Below are positions 32,785 to 38,781 of a stretch of 38,781 bases of DNA, piece after piece; within the stretch, counting starts at the first letter, position 1, and each line of letters starts with the position of its first letter. Origin of the DNA: Flavobacteriales bacterium (GTDB lineage Bacteria > Bacteroidota > Bacteroidia > CAMBQF01); the NCBI GenBank assembly GCA_031412115.1, contig JANOCJ010000103.1, positions 1 to 38,781 on the forward strand. The letters run 5' to 3'. The notes under the pieces were generated by a model. That model saw nothing but the letters and a program-made list of their open reading frames with translations. It was not told the DNA's origin and ran no database searches. The translations under genes and the position numbers were made by a program.

Positions 32785-34689
32785 ATGAAAAAGCAAGTTG
32801 ACAGCAAGAATAAGGCGCAAAAAAATGTAACCACCCTGTCGGGCGAGGGTTGGTTTTATGCGTTGATAGCCGTGTTTGCTTTTTTGTTGTATGTGAATAG
32901 TATTGGCAATTTTTACTCGCTGGATGATAATTTAGTCACCAACAGAAACCCGTTAATACAAAAGGGCATAAAGGCTTTGCCCGAAATTTTTACCACAAAT
33001 TATGTTACCGATGGTTCGGTTAAGTTTGAATACCGCCCCATTGTAAAGGCCACTTATGCTATAGAATATCAGTTTTTTAAGGCCAACCCACACGTAAGCC
33101 ATTTTTTTAATGTGCTGTTGTATGCCTTAACCTGTGTGCTATTATATAGGTTATTGCGGAGGTGTTTGCCAGGCCAAAATCGTTGGCTGCCGCTGCTTGC
33201 CACTATACTATTTGCAGCGCACCCCGTGCATACCGAGGTAGTAAATAACCTAAAAAGCCGCGACGAATTGTTGGCCCTATTGTTTGGTCTTTTATCGGGC
33301 TTATACCTGTTGAGATATGCAAAAGAATCTACGATAAAGCACCTGATAGCTGCGGTAGGGTTGTTTGTTTTGGCGTTAATGTCAAAGGCCAGTTCGGTAT
33401 GTTTTATTGGCATTTTGCCCATTACCGTTTACTACTTTACCCAAAAGCGTAAAGAGGCACTGATAGGCATGGGTATATTTGTAGCCATTACCGCTGTTTT
33501 CTATGCCTTACTTTTTGCCCTGCTGCCCGGCATGAACCGCGAGCCGTTGTTTTTAGAAAACCCTTTAGTTGAAGAGCCAAGTTTTGCCGTACATATTGCT
33601 ACCGGTTTTTATTGGATGAGCCACTATGTGCGCCTGTTGTTTGTCCCTTATCCGCTGGCGTTTTACTACGGTTACAATCAGTTGCCTGTTGTGGGCTTTT
33701 CAGACCAGTTAGGTGTAATTGCCATCATATCTATGCTGCTGCATTTTGCGCTGTTTGGCTATGCAGTATATACACTTAAAAAGCCAACCGTTTTAGGCTA
33801 TGCGGCTTGGGTGTATTTAGCTGGCATATTTTTATTCAGCAATATATTGGTGCCGGTTGTTGGCATAGTGGGCGAGCGTTTTATCTACATCCCATCCATA
33901 GGCTTTTGTTTGGCTTTGGCCTATGGCTTGTTGCGCCTTGCAAAGATTGAAACCACAAGCAATGTGCTACTAAAAGGCAACACACTGCTGTATGGCGCGG
34001 CCTTGGTTTTTATCATCCCCTACAGTGTTATTACGGTTAACCGCAATACCGATTGGAAAGATGCGCTAACGCTTTTTAGGCACGATGTAAAGGTGGTGAA
34101 GAACTCGGCTAAGGCACAATCGGAATTGGCGTTGGAACTGCGCCGCCAGTATAAAAAAATGGACCCTAACAACCCTAAACGGGCTAAGTTGGTTGATGAA
34201 GCTTTGGGCCATTTTGCTGCATCGCTGGCTATTTATCCTAATAGGGCCGAGAATAATAATTACTACGGAAGTATTTTACTATTTGAAAAACGCAATCCTG
34301 AAAAGGCACTGGCACCACTGCAAAAGGCAGTTAAATTAACTACCAAAACGCCCGTAAAATACTGGATGGATTTAGCCAATTGCTACATGGTTTTGCGCCA
34401 GCTGGATAGTGCAGGGGTATACTTTTTTAAGGTGCTTGAGCGCGATACAATGCATATACAGGCTCATTACCAGTTAGCTAAAAATGCATATTTGCAAGGC
34501 GATACTACCACAGCTAAAAATGTAAACCGCAGGTTTTTAAAACTACACCCTGAAAACCCGCTGCCTTACCGCAACCAAGGAGATTTTTATTTGATAGAAG
34601 GTGATACCGCCAAGGCTAAATTCTGGTATCAAAAGGAACGTGATGTTCAGCAAAGAATGAAACCCAACCCTGTTACCGACGACGAATAG
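32785..34689 (+). CDS. polytopic membrane protein with C-terminal TPR repeats (PMT/ArnT/TMTC-like glycosyltransferase architecture)
   Basis: About 420 aa with 10 or more hydrophobic segments, then about 200 aa of TPR-like helices (AKAQSELALELRR..., LANCYMVLRQLDSAGVYFFKVLE..., YRNQGDFYLIEGDTAKAKFWYQK). The function is inferred from architecture only. Confidence 0.7.
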   Translation: MKKQVDSKNKAQKNVTTLSGEGWFYALIAVFAFLLYVNSIGNFYSLDDNLVTNRNPLIQKGIKALPEIFTTNYVTDGSVKFEYRPIVKATYAIEYQFFKANPHVSHFFNVLLYALTCVLLYRLLRRCLPGQNRWLPLLATILFAAHPVHTEVVNNLKSRDELLALLFGLLSGLYLLRYAKESTIKHLIAAVGLFVLALMSKASSVCFIGILPITVYYFTQKRKEALIGMGIFVAITAVFYALLFALLPGMNREPLFLENPLVEEPSFAVHIATGFYWMSHYVRLLFVPYPLAFYYGYNQLPVVGFSDQLGVIAIISMLLHFALFGYAVYTLKKPTVLGYAAWVYLAGIFLFSNILVPVVGIVGERFIYIPSIGFCLALAYGLLRLAKIETTSNVLLKGNTLLYGAALVFIIPYSVITVNRNTDWKDALTLFRHDVKVVKNSAKAQSELALELRRQYKKMDPNNPKRAKLVDEALGHFAASLAIYPNRAENNNYYGSILLFEKRNPEKALAPLQKAVKLTTKTPVKYWMDLANCYMVLRQLDSAGVYFFKVLERDTMHIQAHYQLAKNAYLQGDTTTAKNVNRRFLKLHPENPLPYRNQGDFYLIEGDTAKAKFWYQKERDVQQRMKPNPVTDDE

Positions 34690-34691
34690 TT

Positions 34692-35093
34692 ATGCTAAAA
34701 ATTGAACATATAGGCATTGCCGTAAAAGACATTGAAGCATCAAACGCTTTATTTACCAAGCTGTTTAACCGCCCGCCGTATAAAATGGAAGTGGTAGAAA
34801 GCGAAGGGGTATCTACTTCCTTCTTCCAAATGGGCGAGAGTAAGATTGAGTTGCTGGAAGCTACCAATGAGAATAGCCCTATTGCTAAATTTATAGAAAA
34901 GCGTGGCGAAGGCATCCACCATATAGCCTACGATGTAGCTGATATACGCGCTGAAATGCAACGATTGAAAGACGAAGGTTTTCAGCTATTAAATGAAGAA
35001 CCTAAAAAAGGTGCGGACAATAAATGGGTATGTTTTCTCCACCCCAAAGGCACCAACGGGGTATTGATAGAATTGTGCCAGGAGATTATTTAA
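34692..35093 (+). CDS. mce: methylmalonyl-CoA epimerase (VOC/glyoxalase fold)
   Basis: IEHIGIAVKDIE...KIELLE...PIAKFIEKRGEGIHHIAYDV...HPKGTNGVLIELCQ matches the epimerase pattern. 133 aa. Confidence 0.88.
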   Translation: MLKIEHIGIAVKDIEASNALFTKLFNRPPYKMEVVESEGVSTSFFQMGESKIELLEATNENSPIAKFIEKRGEGIHHIAYDVADIRAEMQRLKDEGFQLLNEEPKKGADNKWVCFLHPKGTNGVLIELCQEII

Positions 35094-35514
35094 TAACAAT
35101 TCTTGTTGTTTTACAGCGTTTTACCACTGCATTTTTTTGAATGTCTTGTGGCTTCCAAGTCATATACTTCATAGCGTTTGGGTCTTGTATCTCCCTATCA
35201 GCATCACATCTAACATTTCCTTCAATTCTATTGGCAAATTCAGCAGAATCTCCCGGTGTTAACTGAAAGTCAGCTCCTTGCTCTATAGGAGTATTTCCTA
35301 AATCATCCATAAAATAGGTATAGCCAAAAATGCTACCACGGATATTGTTTTTAGACTGATTTACTACCATAACTGTTCCAACCTTGTATTTTTCGCAGTC
35401 TGATTCAGTTGAATTATTGTCTGTTTGAATACTATTACTTAATTGAGCGTTAGGTGAAATTTGTACGCCTGAGAATAAAACAAATAGCAGTGGAAAGATT
35501 AGTAGGTTTTTCAT
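35086..35514 (-). CDS. small secreted hypothetical protein with atypical codon usage
   Basis: Signal peptide MKNLLIFPLLFVLFSGVQISPNAQ and three Cys. Arg codons are AGA x3, AGG x1, CGT x1, CGC x1. Gly codons are GGA x5, GGC x2, GGT x1. The neighbouring mce has 0/4 AGR Arg codons and 0/9 GGA Gly codons (all hand-counted). Confidence 0.65.
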   Translation of the reverse strand: MKNLLIFPLLFVLFSGVQISPNAQLSNSIQTDNNSTESDCEKYKVGTVMVVNQSKNNIRGSIFGYTYFMDDLGNTPIEQGADFQLTPGDSAEFANRIEGNVRCDADREIQDPNAMKYMTWKPQDIQKNAVVKRCKTTRIVIK

Positions 35515-35591
35515 GGCTTTAGTTTTTTACTAAAGTATAATTTTATTAGAACAATGCAAAATATGAAGTAATATTTTGGTTGATTTTTTTA

Positions 35592-35909
35592 CTATTCAAT
35601 ACCCAACCATTGGGCCACATTTTTAGCGGCTTCATCGGGTGTGCGGCCTATTTCATGGGCGTATACTACAAACTCATCAAAAAACACGGCGCCGCCGTCT
35701 TTCTTCAACTTTTTTAGTTGCGATACAACCTTTATTTGGCGAGGCTCCAGCGTGGTTATAATCTCTTTTAGAGTGCATGGATAAACCTGATTATCCTCAA
35801 ACGAAATGTAATATTTTGCCCCTATTGTTAAATCAAACCGCACCCGTTTTTCAACAGGTACAGGCTTTACGCCTTTTACTTTTATTCTGCCTACCAATTC
35901 TAAAGCCAT
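35592..35909 (-). CDS. hypothetical protein (105 aa, cytoplasmic)
   Basis: Clean ATG ORF with host-like composition. No motif recognised. Confidence 0.6.
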   Translation of the reverse strand: MALELVGRIKVKGVKPVPVEKRVRFDLTIGAKYYISFEDNQVYPCTLKEIITTLEPRQIKVVSQLKKLKKDGGAVFFDEFVVYAHEIGRTPDEAAKNVAQWLGIE

Positions 35910-35961
35910 GCGTTAAAGGTAGGCTTAAAAAATGATATGGTTTCTTGGGGGAGAAAAACGG

Positions 35962-36612
35962 CTACGCAAACAACTCCAAAATATGCTGCGGCACAACTAA
36001 GTGTATGGTATGTATACCAAGGGCTTTGGCCGCATTTATATTGTCCTCGTTATCATCAATAAACAAGGTTTCGGCCGGGTTTAAATTTTCTTTCTGCAAT
36101 ACACTTTCGTAAATGTCGGCGTTGGGTTTGCGCATTCCCATCTCGTATGAATAGTATACTTTATGAAAGAATGGGTGGATGCTGTTAACGTTATGCTCTC
36201 GCTTTAAATACCCATCAGCGGCAGCAATGTGCAGCGTATTGGTATTGCTTAAAAGAAAGGTGTTGTAATGCTCTTTAAGCGTAGTTAGCAGCGTTAAACG
36301 TTCCGCCGGAATTTCACCCAGCATGGCGTTCCATGCCTGAACCATTTTATAAACAGTATCGCCGTCATGCATTGACTCTTCCGGTAGAAAAGCCCATAAA
36401 CGGTTAAGAAAAGGTTCGGCACCAATGTTGCCGGTTTCAAACTGGTAAAAAAGGTCGTTTACGGCCGGGCCGGTCATCAATGCCGGTACATTGGCCACAC
36501 CTAAATCCTGAAAAGCCTGTTGGGTGCGTTGGTAGTGTATATCAATAACTACACCGCCGTAATCAAATATAATATTCTTAATACCCGAAAATTCTGGGTT
36601 TATAAGTTTCAT
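35962..36612 (-). CDS. HAD-superfamily hydrolase (subfamily IA-like)
   Basis: Motif I IIFDYGGVVID, motif II LLSNTN, motif IV FIDDNEDNINAAKALG. Confidence 0.85.
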   Translation of the reverse strand: MKLINPEFSGIKNIIFDYGGVVIDIHYQRTQQAFQDLGVANVPALMTGPAVNDLFYQFETGNIGAEPFLNRLWAFLPEESMHDGDTVYKMVQAWNAMLGEIPAERLTLLTTLKEHYNTFLLSNTNTLHIAAADGYLKREHNVNSIHPFFHKVYYSYEMGMRKPNADIYESVLQKENLNPAETLFIDDNEDNINAAKALGIHTIHLVVPQHILELFA

Positions 36613-36639
36613 CCGTACTTTATAAAGTAAGTGTGTTTC

Positions 36640-37407
36640 CTATTTGCCTTTGTTTATCTGTACAACATAATGTTCCAAAGCCATTGTCATAGACGGGGCA
36701 ATGGTAGAAGGGGCGTGTATATCCAAGCGCAAATTAGCATCGGTAATAGCCTTGGCTGTAGTAGGGCCAAAGGCAGCAATACGCGTTGGGCCTTGTACAA
36801 AATCAGGAAAGTTTTGAAACAATGATTTAACCGCCATAGGGCTGAAAAACACCAACACATCATACTTAACATCTGCCAAGTCCGACAAGTCGCTGCAAAC
36901 AGTTTTATAAATAACCGCTTTTTGATAAGTCAACTTGTTTTGGTCAAGTATATCGCTCATTTCGTCGCGGGCAATGTCAGAGCAGGGAAGCAAAAATTTC
37001 TCTTCCTTGTGTTTCTTCAATATGTCAATCATATCGCTAAACTTCTGCTTGCCATGAAAAATTTTTCGCTTACGGTACACCACATACTTCTGCATATATA
37101 ATGCAGTTGATTCTGAAATACAGAAATATTTCATTGTATCGGGCACAGTAACGCGCATCTCGGCACACATGCGAAAAAAGTGATCAACCGCATTGCGGCT
37201 GGTCAAAATAATAGCAGTAAACTCCGAAATGTTTATACGGTCGCGGCGGAAGTCTTTTGAATCGACACCCTCCACGTGTATAAACTCGCGAAAGTCTATT
37301 TTTAAATTAAGCTTTTTCGCAAGGTCAAAATACGGAGACTTATCGCCTTCGGGTTTTGGTTGGGTAACCAAAATGGTTTTAACCTTGTTGGGTTTCTCTT
37401 CGCTCAT
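36640..37407 (-). CDS. uroporphyrinogen-III synthase (HemD)-like protein
   Basis: 255 aa. ILVTQPKPEG...LNLKIDFREFIHVEG...AIILTSRNAVDHFF...VLVFFSPMAVKSLF...RIAAFGPTTAKA fits the two-lobe HemD-fold pattern of the family annotated this way in Bacteroidota. Confidence 0.75.
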   Translation of the reverse strand: MSEEKPNKVKTILVTQPKPEGDKSPYFDLAKKLNLKIDFREFIHVEGVDSKDFRRDRINISEFTAIILTSRNAVDHFFRMCAEMRVTVPDTMKYFCISESTALYMQKYVVYRKRKIFHGKQKFSDMIDILKKHKEEKFLLPCSDIARDEMSDILDQNKLTYQKAVIYKTVCSDLSDLADVKYDVLVFFSPMAVKSLFQNFPDFVQGPTRIAAFGPTTAKAITDANLRLDIHAPSTIAPSMTMALEHYVVQINKGK

Positions 37408-37422
37408 TGGTTGGCCGGTTCT

Positions 37423-38286
37423 TTACAAGCTGTTTACTACCTTGATTGCCACAACAAGCGGCAAAATTTCAAGGGTGCAAAGATATAAAAATAAATAAAG
37501 CAAATTTAAAGGGGCGGCCACCCCGTCAATAGTAAAGGCTTTAGCAAAGCGTAAAAGAAAGAATAGCGCAAATAGGGCAATGCCCGTGTAGGTTGCCCAT
37601 ACATCTGCCGGTGCGCCTGTGTAATAGGCTATGGCTACCACCGGTATAAGCATTAATCCCAGTATATTATTAAGCAGGTAAACGTTAAAAGCATACTGCC
37701 TGGCAAGGGGGTAAATTCTAAAAATATACCCTATTAATTGAATGAAAATAATTTTTGCGGCATATATAACCAGCAAACCACCGGTAAAAATGCCAAAGGC
37801 CCTATAGTCGGTAAAATCTATATGGGGGGCGCCACCAACAACACCTATGGCTTTGGTTATAAATAGCCCGCCCGTAAGGCAAAAGGCCAAAAACAGAATG
37901 AGTGAAAAGGGCGACGACAATAAATTTTCCTCGTCAAACAACTCATTTAGGGCACGGCGGTTGTAAAAGGCGCTAAGGTATACCCACATTTTTTTTGCGT
38001 TAATGCGGCGCAGCCACATTAGCAGTATAAAAATGGCTACCAAGGCAATAAAAACCCAACCCTCGCCCGGTATCTTATCCATAGGCAATAGGCTTTTGGT
38101 TTTTAGTTCGTGCTTGGCAAATGGGCTTTTTTCGTAAACCGTTTGTTTAGGTAGTGGTTTATAATCTTTCGGAAAAACAACTACCTGCTCATTTTGCCCT
38201 GCATGTTGGGCAAAAGCCATAATATCTGTGGGCTTCGCTAAATCGAAGGTGTCGGGCTTATGGTTATGGGTAAACGGGTGGCTCAT
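37423..38286 (-). CDS. polytopic membrane protein (DUF4271-like by size, topology and position upstream of the hemD-like gene)
   Basis: Six or so hydrophobic segments. I prefer ATG 38286 (MSHPF...) because the GTG at 38319 lies inside the upstream terminator hairpin. The family assignment is from memory of conserved synteny. Confidence 0.65.
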   Translation of the reverse strand: MSHPFTHNHKPDTFDLAKPTDIMAFAQHAGQNEQVVVFPKDYKPLPKQTVYEKSPFAKHELKTKSLLPMDKIPGEGWVFIALVAIFILLMWLRRINAKKMWVYLSAFYNRRALNELFDEENLLSSPFSLILFLAFCLTGGLFITKAIGVVGGAPHIDFTDYRAFGIFTGGLLVIYAAKIIFIQLIGYIFRIYPLARQYAFNVYLLNNILGLMLIPVVAIAYYTGAPADVWATYTGIALFALFFLLRFAKAFTIDGVAAPLNLLYLFLYLCTLEILPLVVAIKVVNSL

Positions 38287-38301
38287 GCGTGGTGCGAAAA
38301 T

Positions 38302-38336
38302 ACGAAACAAAAAGCCCACGGTTTAAACCGTGGGCT
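38302..38336 (-). terminator. rho-independent terminator (GCCCACGG hairpin family)
   Basis: The 24-nt perfect palindrome agcccacggttt|aaaccgtgggct is followed on the minus strand by TTTTTGTTTCG. Its core is 19/20 identical to the hairpin at 6689..6708. Confidence 0.75.
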
Positions 38337-38360
38337 AAATAATTCTAAAGAATAAAAAGT

Positions 38361-38397
38361 CTTTCCCCTTTTAGGGGGAAGGATATAGGATGAGGGT
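38361..38397. repeat. hairpin plus GGATGAGGG element (diverged copy 3 of the GGGTGAGG family)
   Basis: ctttcccc-tttt-agggggaag stem followed by gatataggatgagggt. It directly abuts the stop codon at 38398-38400, as the other two copies do. Confidence 0.5.
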
Positions 38398-38781
38398 TTA
38401 CTGCACAATAAACTTCAGCACTTTGCTTGCTTCGCCTGCTTTTACAGCAATAAAATAAATACCTGTGTTTAGTTTGCCGTTTAAATTAAGGCTGATGTTT
38501 TGCTTGCCGGTACCAATGTTTTGGTGGGTTTCGCTGTAAACCAATTTGCCTTCGGCAGAAAATACTTTTGTTTCAACATCTCCGGTAACGTTATTTACCG
38601 CCACATTAAAGTTGCCGTTGCTTGGGTTTGGGTAAATAGTTACGCCTGCCAATGCTGCATCTTCGTTAATGCTCACGGGGCGTTCAGGTACAACTAGTGT
38701 GTTATTATATATTTTATCGCCTGTGCGGCTGCTATTGTTATTAGTTACATTAAACGCGCCATAAAAAGTAACGGTTCCGGT
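38398..38781 (-). CDS. C-terminal end of a T9SS-sorted secreted protein (5' truncated by the window edge)
   Basis: My hand translation shows the frame stays open from 38676 to the window end (TGTVTFYGAFNVTNNNSSRTGDKIYNNTLVVPERP...). The CTD reads VTIYPNPSNGNFNV...TGIYFIAVKAGE...KFIVQ. Confidence 0.85.
   Translation of the reverse strand, partial: TGTVTFYGAFNVTNNNSSRTGDKIYNNTLVVPERPVSINEDAALAGVTIYPNPSNGNFNVAVNNVTGDVETKVFSAEGKLVYSETHQNIGTGKQNISLNLNGKLNTGIYFIAVKAGEASKVLKFIVQ

Noticed and set aside
34692-35093. mce as part of a propionate or methylmalonyl-CoA operon
   Set aside because: No mutase, carboxylase or decarboxylase subunit is present in the window, so it appears to stand alone here.
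1-38781. Prophage, transposon, integron, toxin-antitoxin, restriction-modification or other canonical defence loci
   Set aside because: I saw no integrase, transposase, recombinase, capsid, terminase, methyltransferase or nuclease signatures in any of the six-frame ORFs, and no terminal inverted repeats flanking a gene block.

Overview
All product calls come from motif recognition by eye; no database search was run. The window looks like a chromosomal segment of a Bacteroidota genome. Evidence for that: four proteins end in T9SS-type C-terminal sorting domains, several genes have TAnnTTTG -7 promoter boxes, and the gene order purH-mreB-mreC-mreD-mrdA-rodA is present. I support 33 CDS (one truncated at the right edge), one frameshifted Smr-domain pseudogene missed by the ORF track, one tRNA-Pro(GGG), about nine hairpin terminators and several short dispersed repeat families. 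I see no rRNA, CRISPR array, transposase, integrase, phage genes or recognisable defence system. The best candidate for an undescribed system is at 8322..18077. There the cell-elongation operon (mreBCD, PBP2, RodA) continues, with overlapping or nearly abutting reading frames, into two paralogous SGNH/GDSL proteins and an MBOAT O-acyltransferase. This resembles a PatA/PatB/Ape1-like cell-wall O-acylation module attached to the Rod complex. Other items worth a second look: a family of 7-nt-periodic tracts at gene ends, one of which is apparently translated as a signal peptide; a tandem CbbX/SpoVK-type AAA+ ATPase with a duplicated unknown N-terminal domain; a 30-bp perfect palindrome upstream of a TetR-hydrolase operon; and a small secreted gene with atypical codon usage that overlaps mce tail to tail.
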